From Candidatus Bathyarchaeia archaeon (GTDB lineage Archaea; Thermoproteota; Bathyarchaeia; Bathyarchaeales; Bathycorpusculaceae), in the NCBI GenBank assembly GCA_049516875.1, contig JBEKSS010000004.1, positions 32,001-96,000 on the forward strand: a DNA stretch of 64,000 bases, given 5' to 3'. This document shows, piece by piece, positions 50,735 to 60,884 of the stretch; within the stretch, counting starts at the first letter, position 1, and every line of letters begins with the position of its first letter. Position numbers and translations under genes: made by a program. Under the pieces are notes generated by a model that was not told the DNA's origin, ran no database searches, and worked only from the letters and a program-made list of their open reading frames with translations.

Positions 50735-50884
50735 AGTGTGTGCACCAAACTTGGGAGTCAAGTATTGAATCAGAGAAGATTTAAACTTAGCCGTCATGAC
50801 CGACTTAAGGTCACATTATAAGAGAACGCTTATTTACCTCCGAGAAATATGATTTACAGCATTACGGGAAACTGGGGGACATAT

Positions 50885-52543
50885 TTGCGGATACAAAAAG
50901 AGGTCAGAGCGGTTACGACCCTTCTTGCTGTGTTGTTAATTCTTGCTTCAGCAATAGTCGGCGGGTTTATTTCTTACATGTTTGCTGTGTCACCATTCTT
51001 TGCAGTTCCTAACAATGTTAGTCTGGGCATCACAGGCGCCAGTTTTTCGGTGAATCATCCGGATTACTTCGATATAACGGTGTTGAACCCGTCTTATTCA
51101 CCGTCTGGAACAAACATAACGAGCATTTATCTGAAGATTGATGGGGAAACCGGCTTGTTTAACGTGACAGACACAGTCCCAGGGCTACCCACACCTCTTG
51201 ACCCGGGAGCATCTACGGCTATTAGATGTTATTGGGATTGGGGCAGCTACGCGGGAAGAAGCATCACAGTGAACGTACTTCCCCAGAACGGCACAGGAGT
51301 TGCATTTACAGTTCAAACCGATTTCGTCAAGCTTGACGCAGACACTTATTTCAATGCGACAGAAAGCGTTACACAATTTAACGTAACCGTCACAAATGAA
51401 CTCAATTCAGTCTTGAATTTGACTATAAACAACGTTGTGATTGACTATACACCAGTTTCGAACCTCAGCATCGCTCTTCCAATGGTCCTCGACAATGGCC
51501 AGACTGTCAAATTCACTTGCTTCTTCGATTGGCAAGGGTACGTCAAGCCGCTTGTTGAAGTAGATACTATTGAAGGTTACAAGGCTCAGGTCCAAAAAAA
51601 CGTCTCTTCGGTCATTGATGTAGAAGTTGCGGGCGTCACGTTTAACGAAACGAATCCGAGTCAAGTCAGTGTGACGCTGTCGAACTCTGCAAACTCCGTC
51701 ACGCCCGTCGACATAGCAAACATCACGATCACGTACAGCAACATTACTGACGTGATAAACGGAACCCTTTCAAACCCGCCCCTTCCCTACAGGCTTGACA
51801 TAAACAATAGTGTCACCCTTAACTGCGTTTGGAACTGGACCGATGAAAGCTATCGCAATCTAAGCGTCAACGTAACAGCTTACACTAATCAGGGATTTGT
51901 TTCGCAGCCAACAACGGTCATAACACCCGCAGAGGTTGCGGCGAGAATAGACCACGCGGAATTTGATTTAGACCACACTGGACGTTTCACGGTAAACATG
52001 ACAAACCTGTCCTATTCACTTCAGACAATCAATGTCACAGAGATAGACTTCAACCAAAACTCAACAGGCACAGACTCTGCATTAGTAGCTGCCGGAGGGC
52101 AAGCTACTTTTGTTTGTGAATTCAACTGGTCCAGCTTCGTCGGACAAAATGTTGCAATCACCGCTAACGTAACCTATGGGGTGAATAATTCCTTGCTCGT
52201 GCCTTTCCAAGTGAACGTGCCATACTTCAGCGTAATGAACGTTTCATTTGGAAACTTCTCGCTTGGGAATCCATACATGAACGTGAACGTAACGGTCAGC
52301 GAGTTCTCCAAGATTGACGCGAACATCACTCAGATATTCATACAAACTGGAAACGCAACACAAACAATCGATGGGACCATATCAAACCCAAAGATAAGCC
52401 CATCAGGGTACCCGCTTGCCGCAGGCAACGAAATATCAGTCGTCTGTCCGTGGGATTGGAAGACCTATGTCGGCAACGATGTGACAGTCATTGTTCAGAC
52501 GGCGGACGGGTTCCAGTCGTCAACAACATTGAAAGTTCAGTAG
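50885..52543 (+). CDS. Secreted glycoprotein with class III (pilin/archaellin-like) signal peptide and ~5 tandem beta domains
   Basis: KEVRA|VTTLLAVLLIL; ~100-aa repeats ending C.[WF].W; many N-x-S/T sequons; TTG start assumed. Confidence 0.75.
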   Translation: MRIQKEVRAVTTLLAVLLILASAIVGGFISYMFAVSPFFAVPNNVSLGITGASFSVNHPDYFDITVLNPSYSPSGTNITSIYLKIDGETGLFNVTDTVPGLPTPLDPGASTAIRCYWDWGSYAGRSITVNVLPQNGTGVAFTVQTDFVKLDADTYFNATESVTQFNVTVTNELNSVLNLTINNVVIDYTPVSNLSIALPMVLDNGQTVKFTCFFDWQGYVKPLVEVDTIEGYKAQVQKNVSSVIDVEVAGVTFNETNPSQVSVTLSNSANSVTPVDIANITITYSNITDVINGTLSNPPLPYRLDINNSVTLNCVWNWTDESYRNLSVNVTAYTNQGFVSQPTTVITPAEVAARIDHAEFDLDHTGRFTVNMTNLSYSLQTINVTEIDFNQNSTGTDSALVAAGGQATFVCEFNWSSFVGQNVAITANVTYGVNNSLLVPFQVNVPYFSVMNVSFGNFSLGNPYMNVNVTVSEFSKIDANITQIFIQTGNATQTIDGTISNPKISPSGYPLAAGNEISVVCPWDWKTYVGNDVTVIVQTADGFQSSTTLKVQ

Positions 52544-52580
52544 TCTTTCCACAATCTTTATCTTATTTTCGGAAGAACCC

Positions 52581-53801
52581 TTGCCCAAGGGGAGGATCAC
52601 CTTGACTGATGTGAAGACAACCGAAAGGGTGCGTACGATAGAATACGCGATCCGCGATGTTATAGTTCATGCAAGACAGGTTGCAAAGACTGGTAAGAAG
52701 ATTTACTATCTGAACATAGGAGATCCTAACGCTTTTGATTTTGACACTCCACCACACATCAAACAGGCCTTGGTGAAGGCTGTTGAAGAGGGAGCAAACT
52801 TTTACTCAGCTTCGGAAGGATTGCCAGAACTCAGGGAAGCCATCAGTCAGAAGGAAAAAAAGGTCAACGGCGTTGAAATCTCTGCTGAAGATGTAATTGT
52901 TACTTCAGGAATTTCTGAGGGTATCCAAATGGCAACAGCGGCCCTCATCGACTCAGGTGATGAAATTCTACTCCCAGGACCGACCTATCCGCCTTACATT
53001 TCCTACGCCAGATTCTTCAACGGAAAACCGGTAACATACGAGACAGTCGAAGAAAACGGCTGGCAACCAAACATCGACGATCTTAGAAGCAAGATATCCA
53101 ACAAAACGCGTGGAATAGTGATTATCAACCCCAACAATCCTTGCGGCGCGCTTTATGGAGAAAAAGCCGTGAAACAGATTTTGAATTTGGCAGGAGAGTA
53201 TGACGTTCCGGTCCTGTCGGACGAAATCTATGATCAGCTAGTTTTTGAAAAGAGGTTTGTCAGCACAGCCCACATAGCTAAAGACATCCCGGTAATAGGA
53301 CTGAACGGTTTCTCAAAGGCATACCTAATGACTGGATGGAGACTTGGTTACCTCTACTTCCACAGCCCAGAAGGACAGTTGCAAGAGTTAAAACAGTGTA
53401 TCGAAAAAGAAGCAAGAATAAGGCTCTGTGCAAACACGCCAGTCCAAAAGGCAGGAGTTGCAGCCTTGAACGGCCCGCAAGACCACATCAAATTGACCGT
53501 TGAAAAGCTCCGGCAAAGAAGCAGATACGCGTGGAAAAGGCTGAACGAAATCGAAGGATTGAGTTGTGCGAGACCAGAAGCCGCATTCTACGTTTTCCCC
53601 AAGATCGGCGCAATAGGGTCAAAGTGGAAAACAGACATGGAGTTTGTGCTAGATCTTCTGAAGGAAACAGGCGTGCTGTTTGTGCACGGTTCAGGGTTTG
53701 ACCCAGATTATGGTGCTGGCCACGTTAGGGGAGTTGTGCTTCCACCGCTTGAGACGCTTGAAGAAGCGCTTGACAAAGTTGAGGAATTCATGAAAAAGTG
53801 A
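52581..53801 (+). CDS. PLP aminotransferase class I/II (alanine aminotransferase-like)
   Basis: LNIGDP, INPNNP, SDEIYD, NGFSKAY.MTGWRLG. Confidence 0.93.
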   Translation: MPKGRITLTDVKTTERVRTIEYAIRDVIVHARQVAKTGKKIYYLNIGDPNAFDFDTPPHIKQALVKAVEEGANFYSASEGLPELREAISQKEKKVNGVEISAEDVIVTSGISEGIQMATAALIDSGDEILLPGPTYPPYISYARFFNGKPVTYETVEENGWQPNIDDLRSKISNKTRGIVIINPNNPCGALYGEKAVKQILNLAGEYDVPVLSDEIYDQLVFEKRFVSTAHIAKDIPVIGLNGFSKAYLMTGWRLGYLYFHSPEGQLQELKQCIEKEARIRLCANTPVQKAGVAALNGPQDHIKLTVEKLRQRSRYAWKRLNEIEGLSCARPEAAFYVFPKIGAIGSKWKTDMEFVLDLLKETGVLFVHGSGFDPDYGAGHVRGVVLPPLETLEEALDKVEEFMKK

Positions 53802-53828
53802 AGGCAGGTTGAGTTTATCGACCCTGCC
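53802..53828. terminator. Hairpin between convergent genes
   Basis: AGGCAGG...CCTGCCT followed by a T-rich tract. Confidence 0.55.
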
Positions 53829-53845
53829 TGTTGTTTACTTGTGGA

Positions 53846-54733
53846 TTAAATCAGTACTCCTTGCTTCGGATCTGAAACCAGTTTTGAGAATTCTTCCATC
53901 AGTTTCTTGGTTATAGGACCTGGTTTAGCGCTGTTTATTGTCCGTTTGTTTATTTCTCTGACCGGAACTATTTCCGCGGCTGTTCCTGTGAAGAAAACTT
54001 CCTCCGCGTTAAACAGTTCGTATGGCGTTATGTTCTTCTCTTCAACCTCAAAGCCCAATCCTCTGGCAAGCTTCATCACTTCTTGCGCAGTTATTCCCGG
54101 CAGTGCACCCGTGTAGCTTGGAGGCGTAAACAATTTTCCGTTTTTCACAATAAATATGTTCTCTGCCACCCCCTCGCACACGTAGCCGTTCTTGTCGAGG
54201 CATATTGCCTCGTCTACGCCGTTTATGTTTGCCTCGATTTTTGCAAGTATGCTGTTAAGGTAATTGAGCGATTTTATCTCATGTGACGTTGCGTCAACAG
54301 GGTCCCTCTTAACCCATGAGAGCATGGCTGTGACGCCTTTCTCTTTTGCTTCCCCCTTGTGGAGCGCGATTTTGTCAGTTATCACGATTATTGTTGGCCT
54401 CAGACACTTCTTTGGGTTCAGTCCCAAGTCCCCTACTCCTCTTGTAACGACTAGGCGGATGTAAGAATCTTTGAGGTTGTTCCTTCGCAGCGTCTCCACA
54501 ACTGCCTGCACCATCTGCTCCCTTGCTACTGGAATTTCAAGCATTATCATGTGAGCTGAACGGTAGAGTCTGTCAACGTGTTCCTTCAATTTGAACACTG
54601 AACCGCTGTAGGCACGAATTCCCTCAAACACTCCATCACCGTACAGAAGTCCGTGATCGAAAACTGAAACTTTCGCTTGTGACTTTGGATAATATGCCCC
54701 ATCGATGTAGACCTGCAGTTCTTTCTCCAACAT
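53846..54733 (-). CDS. ilvE: Branched-chain amino acid aminotransferase
   Basis: YGDGVFEGIRAY, KSLNY, EGVAENIF, LPGIT, FFTGTAAE. Confidence 0.95.
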   Translation of the reverse strand: MLEKELQVYIDGAYYPKSQAKVSVFDHGLLYGDGVFEGIRAYSGSVFKLKEHVDRLYRSAHMIMLEIPVAREQMVQAVVETLRRNNLKDSYIRLVVTRGVGDLGLNPKKCLRPTIIVITDKIALHKGEAKEKGVTAMLSWVKRDPVDATSHEIKSLNYLNSILAKIEANINGVDEAICLDKNGYVCEGVAENIFIVKNGKLFTPPSYTGALPGITAQEVMKLARGLGFEVEEKNITPYELFNAEEVFFTGTAAEIVPVREINKRTINSAKPGPITKKLMEEFSKLVSDPKQGVLI

Positions 54734-54815
54734 TTTGCCCCCAAACCGAGAAGCTAGTCTATTAAATTAAGGTCTGATATATCTTTTGGAAAGAAAAGCT
54801 GGTTTTTTACCAGTG

Positions 54816-56684
54816 CTAACCGTGAAATTGCGGTCTCTTTGACACGTATTTTGGCAGCGGAAGCGCTTTGAAAGGCCTGTTAAGGGTTGTTTTTTCGATT
54901 ACGCTCATTAGTTCTTTAAGCTTCATGCTTAGCACTTTTCCCGCTGCCCTGTCCCTCACTGGAATCACGCCGGAATCAATTTCTCTTTTTCCCACTACAA
55001 TTATGTACGGGATCCATTCCATCTCGGCCTCGCGGACCTTTTTCTGGAGTGTCAATGCTCGATCATCAATGTCCACTCGTATGCAGTGTGCTTCCATTTC
55101 TTCCGTCATCTTTTCAACGTCCTTTAAGAAACTGTCTGATATTGGAATCATGCGGACTTGTGTTGGCGAGAGCCAGACTGGAAGCATCGGTGACTTGCCG
55201 ATCTGCTGTTCTTTATAGGCTTTTTCTAGCAGCGCGTACACGTCTCTTTCAATTGCCCCACTCGGGGAGCAGTGCAGAATCAGAGGGTGCTTTTTTTGGC
55301 CTTTTTCGTCGGTGTAGGTTATGTCGTATCTTTCAGCGTTTTCAACGTCGATCTGATCTGTTGAGAGTGCAGCGGCTTTGTTTTGGTTGTCTACGAAGTT
55401 GAAGTCCCACTTGAGCACGAAATAGAAGAAACGTTCATTCCACATCTCGACGAGAACTGGTTTCCCAAACACCTTCGCCAAAGAAGCGACGAAGTCTTTG
55501 TTCTTTTCGTAAAAGTCTTTTGTGAACCGTATTCCCGCCTCATAGTCGTCTCGGGATAATCCGATTTCGTCCAGCATTTGCATGCTCAGCTTGAATCTTG
55601 TTATGAATTCTTTCTTGGCCTGCTCCAGATCCGCGCAGAAAGCGTGGCAGTCAGGCATGCTGAAGGCTCTCAAACGTCTTAAGCCTACGACCTCTCCGCT
55701 CTTCTCTCTTCTGAAACTGTAACGGGTCAACTCGTAGACTTTCATTGGCATTTGCTTGTACGAGAACTGTGCGTCGTGAACCATCAAAAACTGTCCGAAA
55801 CACGCGGCGAAACGTAGGAAGAGTTCTTTGTCTTCTGATTTCAGCAAGTACTGTCTTGCAGGGAAACGATTCAGGTAATCCGCGAGGCTTGGGTGTTGGA
55901 AATCATACATGACTGGGGTCTCAACTTCCATGGCGCCGTATTCGTTCATCTTTGCCGTTACAAACTGTTCGAGCAGAGATTTAACAAGTCGTCCTTTCGG
56001 GTACCAACGGATGTTGCCAGGGTCGCTTCCAGGCTCGTAGTCTGCGATTTCCAGTCTTTTCATCAAAGTCACGTGGGGCGGTATCTGCTGGCTTGCCCGG
56101 ACTTTGGATATTTCATATTTCGCGAATTTCTCGAGGTTTTCGTGGCCTTTGAACTTGAAGTCTTCAACCGCAACGAGTTTTCCATCCGGCTGCAGAATGT
56201 ACCAGAAGGATTTGAGCTTTTCTTCCGCTTTGGCTGCTTCAGAAATCTTTTCCTCTTCCTTCTTGACTGCCTTTGTTGGCAATATTACGCGGGCTTGCTC
56301 GGCGAGAGGATGGCCCTTTATTGAAATTGTAAACTGCTTGTTCCAACCGAAAGGTGCGCGGAATGTTTCTATTCCCTTCTTTTTCGCGTAAGCTTCCATT
56401 GCTTTAACAGTTTTCAATGCTTCTGACGGTTTAGCCAAGTTGCTGCTCAAATGCGCATAGGGGTAAATCAAGATGCGGTTTGTCTTCTGCTTCTCAAGGA
56501 AAGTTTGAACCTCGTCGATGGCCTTTTGGGCCACCGTCTTGTCGTCGTCTTCCTCCACCGCCGTGAACAGGACGACCACTTCTTCTAGACGAACCTCCTT
56601 CTTTTCAGCCTCTTCAGCTATGGCCACTTCTTTCTTCACTGGTCTATAGGCGATGAAATTTGAGTGCAACTGCAATATTCGCAT
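54816..56684 (-). CDS. thrS: Threonyl-tRNA synthetase (archaeal editing domain)
   Basis: MRILQLH, YPYAHLSS, PFGWNK, LRFAAC, LHCSPSGAIER. Confidence 0.96.
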   Translation of the reverse strand: MRILQLHSNFIAYRPVKKEVAIAEEAEKKEVRLEEVVVLFTAVEEDDDKTVAQKAIDEVQTFLEKQKTNRILIYPYAHLSSNLAKPSEALKTVKAMEAYAKKKGIETFRAPFGWNKQFTISIKGHPLAEQARVILPTKAVKKEEEKISEAAKAEEKLKSFWYILQPDGKLVAVEDFKFKGHENLEKFAKYEISKVRASQQIPPHVTLMKRLEIADYEPGSDPGNIRWYPKGRLVKSLLEQFVTAKMNEYGAMEVETPVMYDFQHPSLADYLNRFPARQYLLKSEDKELFLRFAACFGQFLMVHDAQFSYKQMPMKVYELTRYSFRREKSGEVVGLRRLRAFSMPDCHAFCADLEQAKKEFITRFKLSMQMLDEIGLSRDDYEAGIRFTKDFYEKNKDFVASLAKVFGKPVLVEMWNERFFYFVLKWDFNFVDNQNKAAALSTDQIDVENAERYDITYTDEKGQKKHPLILHCSPSGAIERDVYALLEKAYKEQQIGKSPMLPVWLSPTQVRMIPISDSFLKDVEKMTEEMEAHCIRVDIDDRALTLQKKVREAEMEWIPYIIVVGKREIDSGVIPVRDRAAGKVLSMKLKELMSVIEKTTLNRPFKALPLPKYVSKRPQFHG

Positions 56685-56704
56685 AGAACGTGTGCCTCCC
56701 GATT

Positions 56705-56911
56705 CTAGGCGCTGTAGCGCCATTTCTCAATCTGCTTATCTTTCTTCGTCTTCTTTTTGAACTCCTTGTAGTGTTCTTTGCAGAGGTAAGCCCGTTTCTC
56801 GTTGCCCACTTTGAGACCAGCAGTCTTCACCTTTTCAGCTGAGAGTGAGCGAACTGCTTCTCGCCCGCAGCCTGACACGCTGCATTTCGCACCTTTATCG
56901 ATACGTCCCAC
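56705..56911 (-). CDS. Small Zn-finger protein upstream of thrS
   Basis: CSVSGC...YLCKEH; basic; GTG start assumed. Confidence 0.75.
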   Translation of the reverse strand: MGRIDKGAKCSVSGCGREAVRSLSAEKVKTAGLKVGNEKRAYLCKEHYKEFKKKTKKDKQIEKWRYSA

Positions 56912-56957
56912 ACCTAACGCCTCAAGTTTGTTCAATGTTTAACGCATACAATACGCG

Positions 56958-57872
56958 TTATTCCTTAATTTCTTTTTCATATAGAGCGTGCGCTCTTCGA
57001 TAGATTTCGTCTTTGTCGCCGAATGACGTCGGACCGATTCCCTCAACAACTAGCGAAGCAGCTGCGGAACCTACGTGCGAGCACCAGGCGCAATCTTCAC
57101 CGCGGGCGTATTCTGCTAGAAAAGCTCCGATGAAGGCATCTCCAGCGCCCGTAGGGTCGACCAGTTTCTCAGGTTTGTAGGCCGGAACTCTGTGGATTGT
57201 ATGTTCAATTGAAACCACGGCGCCTTCAGCTCCTAAAGTCACAATAACTATGTTGACGCCATGGTTGTGCACGGCTTCTATGGCTGAATCAACGTCGGAC
57301 AGACCTGTTAAGGCTTGAATTTCTCTCGGAGTAGACTTGAAAACGTCAATCAGGCCTAAGATGCGCCTGTCCGTTGGCTGTTCAAGAGTGACATTCCCGT
57401 TCTCGTCGAAAGCTCGTACTAGTCCTTGCGAATCAAGGGACAAAATCTCTGTGCAGCTTTTCAGTTTCTCGGCTACCTCATATGTGATTTCGCCAACAAT
57501 TGGTGCAAGATGTATGATCTTTGCTTTCAGAGGATTAGGCAAGTCTTCTACACGAATTGGGGGCATCCTGTTCTTTGAACAGAGGCTGCGATTCGACAGA
57601 TCATTATCGTATCTCAGCTCAAAGCGAGTAGTAAGCGCATCTTGCACGGTGGCCAACCCGGATAAATCTATACCTTCCTGCTGGAGCCACCACTTGTAAG
57701 CTGCTGGAAAATCGGCGCCAACTTTTGAAATGACTGATACTCTTGCGTCTAAACGCCTAGCTGCAAACGAGACGTAAGCAACCGAGCCGCCTAAAACGAT
57801 GAATGCAGATTGTCGACTCGGCAGGAAAATTGAATCTATGCTAAAGTGACCAACCGACACGATGTCAAACAA
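56958..57872 (-). CDS. PfkB-family carbohydrate kinase
   Basis: GGS, VTLGAEG, DPTGAGDAF. Confidence 0.93.
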   Translation of the reverse strand: MFDIVSVGHFSIDSIFLPSRQSAFIVLGGSVAYVSFAARRLDARVSVISKVGADFPAAYKWWLQQEGIDLSGLATVQDALTTRFELRYDNDLSNRSLCSKNRMPPIRVEDLPNPLKAKIIHLAPIVGEITYEVAEKLKSCTEILSLDSQGLVRAFDENGNVTLEQPTDRRILGLIDVFKSTPREIQALTGLSDVDSAIEAVHNHGVNIVIVTLGAEGAVVSIEHTIHRVPAYKPEKLVDPTGAGDAFIGAFLAEYARGEDCAWCSHVGSAAASLVVEGIGPTSFGDKDEIYRRAHALYEKEIKE

Positions 57873-58028
57873 GTATGCTCCAAGCCTCTGCTGGAATATT
57901 GCGTTGAAGTAAACTTAAAGCCAGCGGAGCGTTAGCTCCACTTGTCTTCACATTGAGCATTTATCAGCATCTAAGTTGCTTATTCGCACACGCGCCTTAT
58001 TGCACGAATTGGTGCGCTTTTGCTGATA

Positions 58029-58178
58029 TCATGGTCTTACACATTCAGCTTTCGGTCGATACGGTCGCTTCAATGTTCTCTTCCGTTTGTGATAGGCACA
58101 CTCCTGGATCCGTATTACCATGTATCCGTTGTCTTGATATTTGCACCCGCAGGGCAGCGTTGTTATCTTTTCTTCCAT
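58029..58178 (-). CDS. 49-aa putative Zn-binding microprotein (not in ORF track)
   Basis: MEEKITTLPCGCKY...QECAYHKRKR; co-oriented between glpX and pfkB. Confidence 0.55.
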   Translation of the reverse strand: MEEKITTLPCGCKYQDNGYMVIRIQECAYHKRKRTLKRPYRPKAECVRP

Positions 58179-58263
58179 GTTTATGCACCATTTTTCAATG
58201 GTTTACGTTGTGACGCACTTTTGTTTCTTCCTTTGTGCTAATCGGGGACGATCTGTACATTTT

Positions 58264-59259
58264 CTAAGGCATGAATCTCTTGTAGACTGGGTGCCCCTTA
58301 AACCGCAGGGTTGTTTCTGACTTTTCCACGGTTCCGCTGGGCAATCTCATGCAAAGAGAGTTTACGATTGCTCCGTCTGGTATGAATCTGACGCCGTCCA
58401 GCAGTTCGCCCTTCGTCACACCTGAGGCAGCAAACACAAGTTCGTTGCCTTTGGCCAACTCGTCTTGGCAGTAGGTCTTGTCCACATTAACTCCTTCAGC
58501 TTGCAACCTGTCCAGCCTCTTCGGATCGTCTTTCTTGTCTTTCCAGACTTTCACGAGCATAGTGCCGCCTAGAGTTTTGATGGCAGTGGCCGCAATTGTT
58601 GCCTCGGGTCCCGCGCCCGCACCTAAGAGGAGATCTACGCCTGAGCTCGGTCTACAGGTGACAACTGCCCCTGCGATGTCGCCGTCAGGAATGAGGATGA
58701 TGCGGACGCCCAGCTTCCTGAGGCAGTGCAGGATCTCAATGTGCCTTTCACGCTCCAACATTATGATTGTGAAGTTCTCAAGAGGCAAACCTTTTTCTCG
58801 AGCAACTGTGCGCACGATCTCTTCAATCGACATGTCCAACGAAATCTTTCCAATTGAATGGCGGTCAGTCGCCACTTTGAAATAGTATCCGTCATCGGGA
58901 AGCACCTGAAAACAGCCGGCGGGTGCACATGCAAGCGCGGAAATAGCGTCCTTTCTGCCCTTAGAAGCAGCGGTTGTTCCGTCCACTGGGTCAACGACAA
59001 ACTCGACTTTCGGACCTTTGCCTGTTCCAACTTTCTCTCTGCGCATGAAGGCGGGTGCCTTGTCTTTAGGTCCTTCGCACGCAATCACGTCGCCTTCAAC
59101 GTCTGTTTGAGCCAAAACCGCCCTTGAGAATTCAACGGCTTTCGAATCTATCAAGTCCTCGTTACCTTGACCAATGTGCATTGCGGCTCCAACAGCCCCG
59201 GCAACGGTGATTCTCGTCAACGAAGGCGCTAAAGCTCTGAGAGAAACCAAACATTGCAC
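58264..59259 (-). CDS. glpX: Fructose-1,6-bisphosphatase class II
   Basis: EG.KD.AP, VDPVDGT, DGDIAG, G.GPEA, SGVTKGELL.GV. Confidence 0.9.
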   Translation of the reverse strand: MQCLVSLRALAPSLTRITVAGAVGAAMHIGQGNEDLIDSKAVEFSRAVLAQTDVEGDVIACEGPKDKAPAFMRREKVGTGKGPKVEFVVDPVDGTTAASKGRKDAISALACAPAGCFQVLPDDGYYFKVATDRHSIGKISLDMSIEEIVRTVAREKGLPLENFTIIMLERERHIEILHCLRKLGVRIILIPDGDIAGAVVTCRPSSGVDLLLGAGAGPEATIAATAIKTLGGTMLVKVWKDKKDDPKRLDRLQAEGVNVDKTYCQDELAKGNELVFAASGVTKGELLDGVRFIPDGAIVNSLCMRLPSGTVEKSETTLRFKGHPVYKRFMP

Positions 59260-59601
59260 CTCTCAAATCACTTATGAAGCCTCGATAGCTTTTCTAGCTT
59301 CTGGCCTATTTCCTTTGCGTATGGCCTAGTCCTTACTAGCAATTTATGTTTGGTCTGACTCTGCCACAGTTCAGCATGCGGAGCCTGATGCTACCAAGCA
59401 ATTTAACAACCGATTTGCTCCAACCACGATGCTCAAATCCAAACATGAGGCCCCAAGAAGCAGCTGAAGAATACCAAACGTTGTCAGCCATGTTTACGCC
59501 AAAACATCCTTGATTTCACCAACAACTGCAGATTCTGGCGCACACCAACTCCACAAAATTTATACGCATTTGCAAAGATATACGAGAATCCGTGGTAAGA
59601 A

Positions 59602-60021
59602 ATGGAAATGGAGAAAATAGCACGATGGGCTTTCGTGGCTGTCGTGGTCATAGCAATTGTCATGGGGCTAGTCGTCGGTTACATGGCCAACGTTGCGACG
59701 GCACATTTTTCGGATTCCAATGTTACAAACGCTAGCGCATATGTCACATTAATACTGGTGATTCTGGGGATAGTGGTCGGGTTCATCAGTGTAACGGCAA
59801 AGGAGGTCACACCATTTCTTGTAGCAGCAATCGCTTTAATAGTAGCTGGCTTGTCAAGCGTAGGATATCCGAACATTTGGTACTTTTTTCTTAATTACGG
59901 CACCTTGAATCTGCTTTATTACTGGGCAACGGAAATTCTGACCTACATCGTGGCGTTCGTTGCACCTGCCGTGGTCATAATTGCCCTTAGATCCCTCCTT
60001 GCCATGGAAAAAGCGAAGTAG
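59602..60021 (+). CDS. Membrane protein (about 4 TM)
   Basis: Hydrophobic; LGIVVGF.S...EV..FLVA.IAL, FVAPA motifs. Confidence 0.8.
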   Translation: MEMEKIARWAFVAVVVIAIVMGLVVGYMANVATAHFSDSNVTNASAYVTLILVILGIVVGFISVTAKEVTPFLVAAIALIVAGLSSVGYPNIWYFFLNYGTLNLLYYWATEILTYIVAFVAPAVVIIALRSLLAMEKAK

Positions 60022-60183
60022 GACACTTGTTCTTCCTTTTCTTCTTTTTTTGTTTTCCAGTTTCACTAATAGCTTGAATGACTTTGGCCGTGATTCTAGA
60101 TTGCAATTACGTTTTACACTGCGTGAAAACCGCGAAAAAAGCAAATGTGCTTGATTGATTATAAGCTAGAGTCCAAATAGTAT

Positions 60184-60762
60184 TTGAGACAAAGCAAATT
60201 GTACGCTAATAGGCTCTTCGATGATGAGAAAGAAAGGATAAAATGGCAAAACCCAGGCGTCATTCTGGTTAACGTGGGCGTGAAAAGTGGGCTCACATTC
60301 GTGGATGTGGGCTGCGGCGACGGGTTCTTTGCAGTTCCAGCCGCAAGGCTCGTGGGCAAAGAAGGAAGAGTCTACGGTTTGGACGCTGACCCTGAAGCGA
60401 TTGACAGGTTGAAGGAAAAAGCCACGAAAGAAAGACTAAGAAACCTCAAGCCAAAAGTCGGAATGGCTGAAGAAACGTTTTTTTGTGATGCATGCGCAGA
60501 CGTTGTTTTCTTTGGAATAGTCTTCCATGACTTCATGGACCCAAACAAAGTATTATCAAACGCCAAGCGAATGCTCAAACCCACCGGACGACTGATAGAT
60601 CTCGACTGGAAAAAGGAACCTATGCGACTAGGTCCACCTCTTCAAATAAGATTTAGCGAGGAGAAAGCCTCTAGCCTCATAGAAGCAGCAGTCTTCAATA
60701 TAGAAGACATAAAGGAAGAAGGACTTTACCATTACATAATAGTTGCAACACCTGGGGCTTGA
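60184..60762 (+). CDS. Class I SAM methyltransferase
   Basis: VDVGCGDGFF, LKPTG, DW. Confidence 0.9.
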   Translation: MRQSKLYANRLFDDEKERIKWQNPGVILVNVGVKSGLTFVDVGCGDGFFAVPAARLVGKEGRVYGLDADPEAIDRLKEKATKERLRNLKPKVGMAEETFFCDACADVVFFGIVFHDFMDPNKVLSNAKRMLKPTGRLIDLDWKKEPMRLGPPLQIRFSEEKASSLIEAAVFNIEDIKEEGLYHYIIVATPGA

Positions 60763-60884
60763 CTGAACTTCAACGAGTTCATTTAAGCTGGAACAACTCA
60801 GCTTAAGCCAGAAAAGCAGAACCCCTTTGGCAAGGATGCACCAAGCAAGTGTAGCAATCAAGATTTATTTTATTCAGCCGCTTA

